A stretch of DNA of 64,000 bases from an uncultured delta proteobacterium. GTDB taxonomy: Bacteria > Myxococcota_A > Polyangia > Fen-1088. The notes under the pieces are model-generated. The model ran no database searches. It worked only from the letters and a program-made list of their open reading frames with translations, and had not been told where the DNA came from. Shown in pieces: positions 1 to 8,890 of the stretch (within the stretch, counting starts at the first letter, position 1; the number at the start of each line of letters is the position of its first letter). Both the position numbers and the translations under genes were made by a program. The stretch lies in the NCBI GenBank assembly GCA_963796685.1, contig CAWCMR010000025.1, forward strand, positions 256,001 through 320,000, in the 5' to 3' direction.

Positions 1-566
1 CCATCCGGGCACTGCTGACAGAGCGCAGGCAAGGCCCCTTGGCAATCCGACGCGTTGGCGCATCCGGTCGAGGAGGTATCGGGAACGCACTTGCAGAGGA
101 CGGTATCGAAGTGATCCCCCTGAACGCATAGCACGGTGTCCACGCATGCAGGGCGCGCATCGACCGCCGGCATTCCTCCTGCGTCCTCATCGGGCACGCA
201 CTGGCAGAGGATCGTATCGGGGTGATAGCCCAGGATACACGCGCCGATTTGCACGCAGGCGCACCGTCCCGAGACCTGTGGGTCGCAGCCTTGCCCGCAG
301 GTCTCGGACGAAGCGCATCCAAGGGCTGGATTGTGGCATGCGTACCCCGAACCGCCATTCGGCTCCTGACACGCATACAGGTCGAAGCCGACCGGACAAC
401 AGCCCAAGCCCCCGTCGGGACCGGGCAGTGATGCATCCAAGGTATCCGAGCCGGTGGAGCCGTCGTCGTCGCTTGCATCGCGGTTGATGTCGTTGCCGCC
501 AGAGCAGGCGACGAGGAAAAGACCGCTCGCGGCAAGAGCGAGCGAGCTGAAATAGCGATTGCGCAT
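1..566 (-). CDS. Cys-rich lipoprotein (3' end runs off the window; not in ORF track)
   Basis: Manual translation from ATG at 566, with a GGAGGT SD at 571-576: MRNRYFSSLALAASGLFLVAC (lipobox), an acidic linker, then Cys-rich repeats CVQIGACILGYHPDTILCQCVPD / CVDTVLCVQGDHFDTVLCKCVPD. The frame stays open to base 1. Confidence 0.8.
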   Translation of the reverse strand, partial: MRNRYFSSLALAASGLFLVACSGGNDINRDASDDDGSTGSDTLDASLPGPDGGLGCCPVGFDLYACQEPNGGSGYACHNPALGCASSETCGQGCDPQVSGRCACVQIGACILGYHPDTILCQCVPDEDAGGMPAVDARPACVDTVLCVQGDHFDTVLCKCVPDTSSTGCANASDCQGALPALCQQCPD

Positions 567-589
567 GGGAACCTCCATTCTTCGAGCCT

Positions 590-617
590 TCTTCCACGCA
601 TACTCTTCCACGCATAC
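590..617. repeat. 14-bp tandem duplication (TCTTCCACGCATAC x2)
   Basis: Two perfect copies at 590-603 and 604-617 in a divergent intergenic region. Confidence 0.9.
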
Positions 618-850
618 TTCGTGCCTGCAGGAGGGACAAGCGCGGCCAACGCTCGCGCAGCGATCTCGACCACCCCAACCTCGGAATTCTGAGACCGCCC
701 CCGCGATTTACGGGTACATCCTCCGCCGGAGTGACGCGCGTCGCTAGCACGGACGTTTTCCGTGACGAAAGCAGCCAGGGCTAGGCTCCTAACACGCACA
801 CAGTCACACAAGGGGCCCCGAAAATGGCAAGACCTAACGATATGGCGACC

Positions 851-2497
851 ATGAAGAATTGGCAACTGCTGGTCCGCGCGAGCGCGCTGGCTGGTGTCCT
901 GACCCTGGCGTTCGCTGGTTGCAGCAGCAGCAGCAAGAGCGGAAGCGGGAGCGGGGGCGCGGCTGGTAGCACAGCAGGAACCGGCGGCGGCGGTAGCACC
1001 ACCCAAGGCGGCGCTGGCGCCGGCGGCGCAGGCGGAAGTGGCGGCGTAGGAGCGAGTGGCGGTGGCTCAGGTGGCCATGGCGACGCCAGCATCGGCGGCG
1101 CGAGCGGCACCGGCGGCAGCACCAGCACTACGCCCGCGTGCGGAGATCCCGGCCAGCCTTGTTGCACCGGCAATGCGTGTAACAACAGCGGTTGCTGCAT
1201 GCCGATTCAGACCGATGCCGCCGGACCGGCCACCAGGATGTGCGTGGGTGCCGGCCAGGCCTGCACCGCGAACGATGTAAGCGGAACCTGCTCGGCCAGC
1301 ACCAGCTCGTGCACCAGCACGGCGACCGGCGCGGCGTGCGGTGGCATAGGCCAAGCGTGTTGCGGCGGCACGGCCGACGGTGGTGGCTTCGGTGCGCCCG
1401 CAGCGTTCTGCACCGCCAGCGGATCGCAATGTACGAACGGCAGCTGTGTCGCGTGTGGCACCGCGGGGGCCGAGTGCTGCGCAGGCGGTATCGGTGGCGG
1501 TCAATGCCAGGGCACACTGGTGTGCGCTGCGGGCACCGGCGTTGATGGCGGTGCTCGCACCTGCCAGACATGCGGCGGCTCGGGCGACGCCTGCTGTGCC
1601 AACAACACGTGCAACGCCGGCCTCGGTTGCAACAATCCGAACCGCTTCGGCGGCACCGGCACCTGCGAGAGCTGTGGCGCTGCCGACTCGGCCTGCTGCG
1701 CGGGCAACAACTGCCAAAGCGGTCTTGGCTGCTTCGTCGAAGGCGATGGTGGTGCGGGCTCGTGCAAAGCCTGTGGTGGCTCAGGGCAACCTTGCTGTCC
1801 AGGAGCCGGAGGCTTCGGCGGAGGAAACACGTGCGACACCGGGCTTTCATGCATGCTTTCGGCCGGCGGCAATGTTTGCTCCACCTGCGGCGGCTCTGGC
1901 GAATCGTGCTGCGGTACCACCAACAACGGTACCTGCAGCACTGGCTATGCCTGCTCCGGCCGAGCCGTGGCCCAAGGAACCCCAGGTACCTGCGGCGCCT
2001 GCGGTGCCGATGGCCAAGCCTGCTGTGCCGGCGCCACGCCCTGCAACACCGGCGTTTCCTGCGTCGTGAAGGCGTCCGGCAATCAGTGCTCGACCTGTGG
2101 CGGTTCGGGGGAATCGTGCTGCGGCGCCGGAGCCAACGGCACGTGCAGCAGTGGATTCGCTTGTTCGGGTCGAGACAGCGCCAATGGCACTGCCGGCACG
2201 TGCAATGCGTGCGGCGGCTCCGACCAACTGTGCTGCCCGGTCACTGCCGGCCCCGCCCTCGACGGCGGCGTGCCTGCATGCACGGCACCGCAAGAGTGCG
2301 TACTGGCTTCCGCTGGCAACACCTGCGCGAGCTGTGGTGCCGAGGGTGCCGCCTGCTGCGGAACCGGCGGCAACGGAACCTGCAACACGGGTCTAGTTTG
2401 CGCGGGCCGAAACCGTGCCAGCCAGACCCCAGGTACCTGCGGTACACCTACCACGGTTGATGGTGGCGGTGCGCGAGACGCGCCCATGACCGATTAG
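851..2497 (+). CDS. Gly/Cys-rich repeat lipoprotein (11 CGxxxxxCC modules)
   Basis: Signal peptide MKNWQLLVRASALAGVLTLAFAGC with lipobox, a Gly/Ser/Thr linker, then 11 repeats of C-G-x5-C-C...C..G..C...C. The start could instead be 824 or 842. Confidence 0.85.
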   Translation: MKNWQLLVRASALAGVLTLAFAGCSSSSKSGSGSGGAAGSTAGTGGGGSTTQGGAGAGGAGGSGGVGASGGGSGGHGDASIGGASGTGGSTSTTPACGDPGQPCCTGNACNNSGCCMPIQTDAAGPATRMCVGAGQACTANDVSGTCSASTSSCTSTATGAACGGIGQACCGGTADGGGFGAPAAFCTASGSQCTNGSCVACGTAGAECCAGGIGGGQCQGTLVCAAGTGVDGGARTCQTCGGSGDACCANNTCNAGLGCNNPNRFGGTGTCESCGAADSACCAGNNCQSGLGCFVEGDGGAGSCKACGGSGQPCCPGAGGFGGGNTCDTGLSCMLSAGGNVCSTCGGSGESCCGTTNNGTCSTGYACSGRAVAQGTPGTCGACGADGQACCAGATPCNTGVSCVVKASGNQCSTCGGSGESCCGAGANGTCSSGFACSGRDSANGTAGTCNACGGSDQLCCPVTAGPALDGGVPACTAPQECVLASAGNTCASCGAEGAACCGTGGNGTCNTGLVCAGRNRASQTPGTCGTPTTVDGGGARDAPMTD

Positions 2498-2524
2498 ACC
2501 GATTAGACGGGTCCATTGTGAGCT

Positions 2525-2557
2525 ACGGGGCGGCCTCGGCTGCCCCGTTCTTTATTT
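2525..2557 (+). terminator. Intrinsic terminator
   Basis: Stem ACGGGGCGGC / GCTGCCCCGT followed by TCTTTATTT, 27 nt after the stop at 2497. Confidence 0.65.
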
Positions 2558-2738
2558 GTGGCCGCGTCATCAGCTTCTTCGAACGTCGGATGAGACGGCT
2601 TGGACACCTCCAGCCCTCCAGTCGGCATCTTAGCCCCAGGGAGGAAGAGCCGCGGGCCCTTGCCAAACCAGAAAGCGAAGAGAAAGCGAGCTCCGCGCGG
2701 TTGCCTTCCCCGGACAATCATCTGATAGGAGGCTTCCC

Positions 2739-3146
2739 ATGAACGATCGACGAGATCTGCTCAAGACCACGGCCGTTGCCGCCACGCTCATCGCCTTCGG
2801 CTCGGTCCCCAAGTCCTTTGCGTCGGGCAAGGCCAAGTACACGAATGTCATATTCACCAAAGAAAATCCCGGCCGGTGGAAGGACGTAGAGGACATCCAC
2901 GTTCCCCAGGTCACCATCACCGGGTCCAAGATCGTGGTGATCACCAATCACCCGATGTCGCAGGCGCACTACATTGTCAGGCACACGGTGGTGCTGGCAG
3001 ACGGTACGCTTGTGGGTGCCAAGACCTTCGTGCCTACCGACAAGCCAGAGTCGTCGTACGAGCTGCCCAAGGGATACAAGGGGAAATTCTTCGTTACGAG
3101 CTTCTGCAATCTTCACGACTTCTGGCTGGCGGAAGCCAAGGCCTAA
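2739..3146 (+). CDS. Tat-exported superoxide reductase / desulfoferrodoxin-family (neelaredoxin-like) protein
   Basis: DRRDLLK twin-arginine signal; Fe-ligand motifs HVP, HPM, HYI and CNLH; AGGAGG SD. Confidence 0.85.
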   Translation: MNDRRDLLKTTAVAATLIAFGSVPKSFASGKAKYTNVIFTKENPGRWKDVEDIHVPQVTITGSKIVVITNHPMSQAHYIVRHTVVLADGTLVGAKTFVPTDKPESSYELPKGYKGKFFVTSFCNLHDFWLAEAKA

Positions 3147-3360
3147 ACCCGGTCATCTGGATGAACACGTCCTCCAGGGTGACTCGGCTCAGGCGTACCT
3201 GCACGTCACCGGCGCGCAAGACGTCGAATAGCCTAGGCAGCAGCTCCGCGCCCGCATCGGCGCGAATACGTGCGCCGTCGGCGGTGGGCGCGACCTCGCG
3301 AACCCCGGGCAGCTCGCGCACCGCGCGCAGGATCGATTCCGCCGGGGCGGGCGGGTGAGT
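3147..3360 (-). pseudogene. C-terminal remnant of a DrrA/NodI-like ABC transporter ATPase
   Basis: Translation ...VRELPGVREV...RLSRVTLEDVFIQMTG matches the typical C-terminal tail. There is no Walker A/B and no credible start. Confidence 0.55.
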
Positions 3361-3482
3361 CACCCGGCCATTGGATGCTTGCCTCCAACGATCGGGTTGC
3401 TCTATCGGATTACTCATCGACCCGAAGACGCCGCCAACGCGCTTCGACCCCGAGAGCCCGGGTTCGGGCATCCAACCAGCGC

Positions 3483-4238
3483 ATGCCCCGATTCATCCTT
3501 CCCTACTTCCCCCATCCGTCGTTCTTCATCTTCATCTTCGCCCTGACCCTCGGGGCGCTGATGCTGCTTCTTCGCTTCGTGTTCGTGGAGTTCGCCTTTC
3601 AGCGGCTGGGGATCGGCCGTTTGACCGCAATCCTCTTGCTCTGGGCTTCTTTACTGGGCAGCAACATCAACATTCCGGTCGCCCAACTTCCCGCCGAACG
3701 CATCGAGCAGGACAGGGTGGTCGACTTCTGGGGGATGACCTACGTCGTTCCTCGCATGGTCGAAACGGGACACACGATCGTCGCCGTCAACCTCGGCGGC
3801 GCAGTGATCCCCGTGCTGCTCTCCCTCTACCTCATCGTGCGTTTCGGTCTCGGCCCGCGCATGCTGGTGACCATCGTGCTGGTGACATGGGTCGCCCACC
3901 AAGTCGCGCGGCCTGTGCGAGGCGTGGGTATCGCCATGCCTCCGCTGGTACCGGCCGTCACCGCGGCACTGGCAGCTCTGCTCTTGGATCGCGCACGGGC
4001 TCCACGCACCGCCTTCGTGGCCGGAACCCTCGGAACGTTGATCGGCGCCGACCTGCTCAACCTGGGCAGGCTCAACCTCATGAACGCACCCGTGGTCTCG
4101 ATCGGAGGGGCTGGAACCTTTGATGGCGTGTTCGTCAGCGGGATCGCCGCCGTGTTGCTCGCTGGCTTCGGTTCAGGATCGTCGCGACCACGGCCCTTGC
4201 CTGCGGTGGAAAACGAGCGCAACACTTTTGGCCCATGA
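3483..4238 (+). CDS. DUF1614-family membrane protein
   Basis: Motifs GSNINIPV, AVNLGGAVIP, GTLIGADLLNL and SIGGAGTFDGVF; multiple hydrophobic segments. Confidence 0.8.
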   Translation: MPRFILPYFPHPSFFIFIFALTLGALMLLLRFVFVEFAFQRLGIGRLTAILLLWASLLGSNINIPVAQLPAERIEQDRVVDFWGMTYVVPRMVETGHTIVAVNLGGAVIPVLLSLYLIVRFGLGPRMLVTIVLVTWVAHQVARPVRGVGIAMPPLVPAVTAALAALLLDRARAPRTAFVAGTLGTLIGADLLNLGRLNLMNAPVVSIGGAGTFDGVFVSGIAAVLLAGFGSGSSRPRPLPAVENERNTFGP

Positions 4239-4437
4239 CGAGCTTCCCTCTTGCAACCTGCCCGTCTTGCGACATCTCGCCTCGCGAGGCATTTTGCCAC
4301 TTACGAGACGTGGCGGTTCTAGGCGCAAAGGGGTCGCGCAAGCTACCCTCGGCTCTCCTCCGTCATCTAATAGGCAGCCGTGAAGGGCAACCATTTCACG
4401 TGGCGCCTCTGGGACGCCACAGAAGGAGATAGGGAAA

Positions 4438-4923
4438 ATGTTAATCAAACGAGAAAATCGGGAGCTCACTCGACCCCGAAGCCAAGAATCATGGGATCCG
4501 TTTCGCATCATGGATACTCTCCTACGCTGGGAGCCGTTCTGGGAGACCGGCGGCGGACTCTTTCATCGAAACGACACCTTCGTGCCGCGCTTCGATGTGA
4601 AGGAGCACAGAGAGGGCTATCTCATTCGCGCGGACTTGCCGGGCGTCAAGGAGAAGGATCTGGATGTGTCGCTAACTGGCAACATGCTCAGCATCTCCGG
4701 ACGTCGTGAGGACGAGCACAAACAAGAGGGAGATCATTACTACACGATGGAGCGCTCCTATGGTCAGTTCACGCGCAGCTTCTCCTTGCCGGATGGAGCC
4801 GACGCGGAAAGCGTCCGAGCCGATCTGAAGGACGGCATCCTGACCATCGAGCTGCAGAAGAAGCCGGAGGTTCAAGCGAAGAAGATCACGATCGGCAGAG
4901 GCGAGCGTGGCATGAGATCCTGA
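4438..4923 (+). CDS. Hsp20/alpha-crystallin small heat-shock protein
   Basis: ADLPGVKEKDLDV, ERSYGQFTRSFSLP and DGILTI motifs; AAGGAG SD. Confidence 0.92.
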   Translation: MLIKRENRELTRPRSQESWDPFRIMDTLLRWEPFWETGGGLFHRNDTFVPRFDVKEHREGYLIRADLPGVKEKDLDVSLTGNMLSISGRREDEHKQEGDHYYTMERSYGQFTRSFSLPDGADAESVRADLKDGILTIELQKKPEVQAKKITIGRGERGMRS

Positions 4924-4953
4924 CCGACACCCCATAAGCTCAAGGGGATCTGG

Positions 4954-7659
4954 GTGCGGGGTTCACCTGCCAATTGGCAGTTGGCACATTCAGGCTGGGG
5001 GAATGTCCCTTGGCTGGCGTCCGGGGTAACCGCCGTGCTGTTGTTCCTTGCGGCGCCAGCCTTCGGACAAGTTACACGGGCGGTTCTGGGCAATGGTTTG
5101 CGAGTGGTGGTCGTTCCGTCTCACCTCGCTTCGGTGGTAACCGTGGAAATGAACTACCTGGCCGGCTCGCTCGAGGCGCCTCCAGGATTTGCCGGCTTGG
5201 CCCATGCCCAGGAACACATGATGTTCCGGGGGAGCCGCGGTCTGTCCGGTGCGCAGCTTACGACCATCATCGCGGGGATGGGAGGAGAGTTCGACGCTGA
5301 AACCGGCCCCACCGTCACCCAGTACTATTTCACCATCCCCAAGTCCGAGCTCGAGCCGGCGCTTCACATCGAGGCGATCAGGATGCGGAATGCGCTCGAC
5401 AGCCAAATTCTCTGGGAAGAGGAGCGTGGGGCCATCGACCAGGAGGTGGCCCGTGATGTGTCCGATCCGGGGTACGTGCTCTACACCCGACTTCTGGCCG
5501 ATCTGTTCGCGGGAACCCCCTACGCTGTCACGCCGCTCGGCAGCCGCGAGTCGTTCGCGAAAACCACCGCCGGGATGCTCAAGGCCTTTCATCGCACGTG
5601 GTACCGGCCCAACAACGCCGTGCTGATCATCGCGGGCGACGTGGAGCCGGACGCGGCCATGGCGCAGGTGCGGCGCCTGTTCGGTCCGATCCCCGCCCAT
5701 CCAGTGCCACGCCGCCCCGAGGTCGACCTCAAACCCATCGTGCCGACCGAAATCCTGCTCGACTCCGACCTGCCCTACGGCCTGGCCGTCGTGGCTTTTC
5801 GGCTCCCCGGCTACGCCAGCCCCGATTACGCCGCCGGACAGGTGCTGGGCGATGTGCTCGAAAGCGCGCGCAGCAGCTTGTCGGCACTGGTCGTCGAGGG
5901 CAAGGCGCTGCAGGTCCAGTTCAGCGGTGAGATGTTTGCTCCTGCCGGGCTGGGTGTCGCGCTCGCAGCATTTCCACGCGGTGCAGACGGTGCGAAGGTG
6001 CTCGAGCAAGTGAAATCATGCCTCGCCGGTTACGCTGGCGGCGAGATCCCGTCCGACCTCGTGGAAGCGGCGAAGCGGCAAGAGGTCACCGACTTCGAGC
6101 TGCGCAAGGGCTCGATCGCGGGGGTGGCGGCGGAGTGGTCGCGGGCCATCGCCCTAGCCGGGCGCTCCTCTCCCGACGAGGAAATCGACGCAGTCAAGCG
6201 TGTGACCCGCGACGAGGTCGCGCGGGTGGCGCGCGCGTACCTGCGAAAGGATGGCCACGTAACCGCGCTGCTCCTGCCACGAGAGTCCGGCCATGCCGTC
6301 GCCTTGAAATCGGGGCCGCGAGCCGAGTCCTTCGCCCGCAGCAACGTGAAGCCGGTGGCCTTGCCGGCCTGGGCGGCGCAGGCCATGGCGCTTCCGGCTC
6401 GCATCGAGAGCCGGCCGCCCGGAACCGGACCCTCCTCGTTCGTGCTCGGCAACGGCCTCAGGCTCATCGTCCAACCCACGCCGAGCGTTCCGGCAGTGGC
6501 GCTTTACGGCCAGGTGAAGAACGATCCCGATCTGGAGGCTCCCCCGGGCCAGGAAGGCGTGCAGCAGGTCCTGGAGAGCCTGCTCGATTACGGAACCACG
6601 ACCATGAATCGCAACACCTTCCACCAGGCACTGGACGAGATCGGCGCCACGGTCAGGGCCGGCGCCACCTTCTCCTTGCAAGTGCTGCCCGAGCATTTCG
6701 AGCGTGGCGTCGAGTTGCTGGCGCAGAACATACTTCATCCGGCCCTTCCGCAAAAAGCGTTTACCGTGGTGGCGCGCGAGACCTCGGCCAGCCTGATTGG
6801 CCTGCTCGCGAGCCCGGCCTACCTGGCCCAGCGGGCGCTCGACAAGGGGCTGTACCCAGATGGAGATCCGGCGTTGCGACAGGCGACGCCCGCCTCGGTG
6901 GCCAAGCTCACGTTGGAGGACGTGCGCAAATACCACCGACTCGCCTTTCGGCCAGATCTCACGACCATCGTCGTCACCGGACAGATCACGCCCGAGGCAG
7001 CCCTGACCACAATCACGAAACAGCTCGGCTCGTGGACGGCGATTGGCCCGAAACCCAAGACCGATCCTCCACCCGTCCCCGCCAATCTTGCCTCTGTGCA
7101 AGCCGTCCCCGACACCAGTCGGTCGCAAGACGAGGTGACCCTGGCCGAGACCCTCGGATTGGTTCGCTCCGACCCCGACTACTACCCGCTTCAGGTCGCC
7201 AACCATGTCCTTTCCGGCGCGTTTTACGCCACCTGGCTCTATCGCGATCTGCGCGAGAAGACGGGATTGGTCTACTACGTGGGCGCCACCTTGGACGTGG
7301 GGAAGACGCGGTCGCTCTACACCATCACCTACGGATGCGACCCGGCCAATGTGGCCGCTGCGCGGACCCTGGTCGAGCGCGACCTGCAACAGATGCGCGC
7401 GGCGGCCGTGCCCCCTGCCGAGCTTCAACGGAGCAAGGCATTGCTGATGCGGCAGTTGCCCCTCGCGGAATCCAGCTTGGACCGGATTGCCGCGGGACTG
7501 ATCGAGCGGTCGCTCGAAGGGCTGCCTCTCGACGAGCCGGAACGAGCGGCGCGACGCTACCTGGAGACCACGAGCGAGCAGGCACGCGCAGCCTTCGCGC
7601 GCTGGGTGAGGCCGGAAGGCTTCGTGCAGGTAACGCTCGGACCGGTACCTGGACCGTAG
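4954..7659 (+). CDS. M16 (pitrilysin/insulinase) family zinc peptidase, exported, four-domain
   Basis: HAQEH inverted zinc motif (HxxEH); two LGNGLR domain starts; YRPNNAVLIIAGD; LREKTGLVY. Exact start uncertain. Confidence 0.9.
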   Translation: MRGSPANWQLAHSGWGNVPWLASGVTAVLLFLAAPAFGQVTRAVLGNGLRVVVVPSHLASVVTVEMNYLAGSLEAPPGFAGLAHAQEHMMFRGSRGLSGAQLTTIIAGMGGEFDAETGPTVTQYYFTIPKSELEPALHIEAIRMRNALDSQILWEEERGAIDQEVARDVSDPGYVLYTRLLADLFAGTPYAVTPLGSRESFAKTTAGMLKAFHRTWYRPNNAVLIIAGDVEPDAAMAQVRRLFGPIPAHPVPRRPEVDLKPIVPTEILLDSDLPYGLAVVAFRLPGYASPDYAAGQVLGDVLESARSSLSALVVEGKALQVQFSGEMFAPAGLGVALAAFPRGADGAKVLEQVKSCLAGYAGGEIPSDLVEAAKRQEVTDFELRKGSIAGVAAEWSRAIALAGRSSPDEEIDAVKRVTRDEVARVARAYLRKDGHVTALLLPRESGHAVALKSGPRAESFARSNVKPVALPAWAAQAMALPARIESRPPGTGPSSFVLGNGLRLIVQPTPSVPAVALYGQVKNDPDLEAPPGQEGVQQVLESLLDYGTTTMNRNTFHQALDEIGATVRAGATFSLQVLPEHFERGVELLAQNILHPALPQKAFTVVARETSASLIGLLASPAYLAQRALDKGLYPDGDPALRQATPASVAKLTLEDVRKYHRLAFRPDLTTIVVTGQITPEAALTTITKQLGSWTAIGPKPKTDPPPVPANLASVQAVPDTSRSQDEVTLAETLGLVRSDPDYYPLQVANHVLSGAFYATWLYRDLREKTGLVYYVGATLDVGKTRSLYTITYGCDPANVAAARTLVERDLQQMRAAAVPPAELQRSKALLMRQLPLAESSLDRIAAGLIERSLEGLPLDEPERAARRYLETTSEQARAAFARWVRPEGFVQVTLGPVPGP

Positions 7660-7672
7660 CATTCGGATATCT

Positions 7673-8188
7673 TCACGGCTTGCCCACCTCGCATGCCTTA
7701 TCGACATCGGCCTGGCACACCGCCATCGGCTCGCCGCCATTGGCCTGTGGCTTGTTTTCAAATGGATCAGGCGCAGCCTGAAGCTGTTCCTTGCCCGTGT
7801 GCAAGAGAGCCTCTGCCGTGCGGTACTGTTCCTTGGACCAGTAAAGCAGCTGCTCGGCGAACGCCTTCGCTTCCGGCGTTTTCGCCTTGGGCAGCAGTGA
7901 TTGGGCTAACGCGATGTTGGCTGCCGCCACCTTGAGCCGAGTCAGGGCTTCAGGCTCGGGAAGGCCTGGCGAAGGCGCGCTGCGCTTGTAGGCCCGCGCT
8001 TCGGGCACCGGCTCGACTGCCCGCTGGGGCACTCCGGCGACTTCCTTGTCGAGTGGAAGCACACAAACGAGGTGGTCTCCCTCCCTCGTGCACGACATCG
8101 TGGCGCCGGGCACCGGCACCACGATGTGATTGCTCTGTCCCTGTGCCGCCTCGGCGAGAATGGCCGCAAACATCCATGCAATGATCAT
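7673..8188 (-). CDS. Hypothetical secreted protein
   Basis: Signal-peptide-like N-terminus, AGGAG SD, and it fills the gap between the peptidase and smpB. Confidence 0.6.
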   Translation of the reverse strand: MIIAWMFAAILAEAAQGQSNHIVVPVPGATMSCTREGDHLVCVLPLDKEVAGVPQRAVEPVPEARAYKRSAPSPGLPEPEALTRLKVAAANIALAQSLLPKAKTPEAKAFAEQLLYWSKEQYRTAEALLHTGKEQLQAAPDPFENKPQANGGEPMAVCQADVDKACEVGKP

Positions 8189-8268
8189 GATTCAACTCCT
8201 AGTCTGTGGTTTAGGTATGTGCATGGACTGTAGCAGTGCCCTGCCGGCCCGCCCGCGTGGCGCGAAAT

Positions 8269-8307
8269 GTTCACACAATTGTGAACGTGGGATCCGCAAT
8301 TGTTCAC
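8269..8307. promoter_or_regulatory. Operator-like inverted repeats (GTTCACA-N4-TGTGAAC plus a third GTTCAC half-site)
   Basis: Perfect 7-bp arms at 8269-8275 and 8280-8286, with another GTTCAC at 8302-8307, in an AT-richer patch upstream of the gene starting at 8188. Confidence 0.35.
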
Positions 8308-8374
8308 GTGTTGGAAACGACCTGTTGCGAACGCAGATTCGAGACGCGTACAAGGGCGGATTTCCGCCGCGCCT

Positions 8375-8863
8375 CTACCTCCGCCGGCTCGCCATGCCGC
8401 GGTCGATCTCGCGCTGGGCCTCGCGCTTCTTCACGTCGTCGCGGCGGTCGTATTCCTGTTTACCGTGTACCAGCGCCAGCTCGACCTTGACCCGCCCGCC
8501 CTTCTCGTACAGCGACAGCGGCACCAGGGTCAGGCCCTTGCCTTTCACCTTGTCGGCCAGGCGATCGATCTCGGTGCGGTGGAGCAGCAGCTTGCGCCGT
8601 CGGCGCGGGTCGTGGTTCCGCGCATGGGCGAAGGCGTAGACCCCGATGTCCAGCTCGCACAGCCAAGCCTCGCCCTTCTCGACCACGGCATAGGCATCGA
8701 CCAACGCCACCTTGCCGTCGCGAATGGACTTAACCTCCGAGCCGACCAGGGCCAGGCCGGCTTCGCAGGTCTCGTCGACGGCGTACTCGTGGCGCGCCTT
8801 GCGGTTGCGCGCGAGCACCTTGTTCGCCTCCGGTCGGCCTTGCCGCCCGCCTCCGCGCGCCAC
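8375..8863 (-). CDS. smpB: SsrA-binding protein SmpB
   Basis: NRKARHEY, EAGLALVGSEVKSIR, RKLLLHR, GKQEYDRR. Confidence 0.97.
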   Translation of the reverse strand: MARGGGRQGRPEANKVLARNRKARHEYAVDETCEAGLALVGSEVKSIRDGKVALVDAYAVVEKGEAWLCELDIGVYAFAHARNHDPRRRRKLLLHRTEIDRLADKVKGKGLTLVPLSLYEKGGRVKVELALVHGKQEYDRRDDVKKREAQREIDRGMASRRR

Positions 8864-8890
8864 GCGTGCCTTTCTCGTCGCGCTTTTCGA

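Noticed and set aside
851-2497. Cys-rich proteins as RiPP precursors for the radical SAM enzyme
   Set aside because: They are large lipoproteins, and the radical SAM is the AmmeMemoRadiSam type with no SPASM or RRE domain.
4250-4437. Sigma32 promoter, CIRCE or ROSE thermometer upstream of hsp20
   Set aside because: There is only a weak CTTGCA...GACATCT resemblance and a 6-bp hairpin (4400-4420) that does not cover the SD. No CIRCE consensus is present.
8189-8374. tmRNA (ssrA) next to smpB
   Set aside because: The gap is too short and has no tRNA-like ends or tag reading frame.
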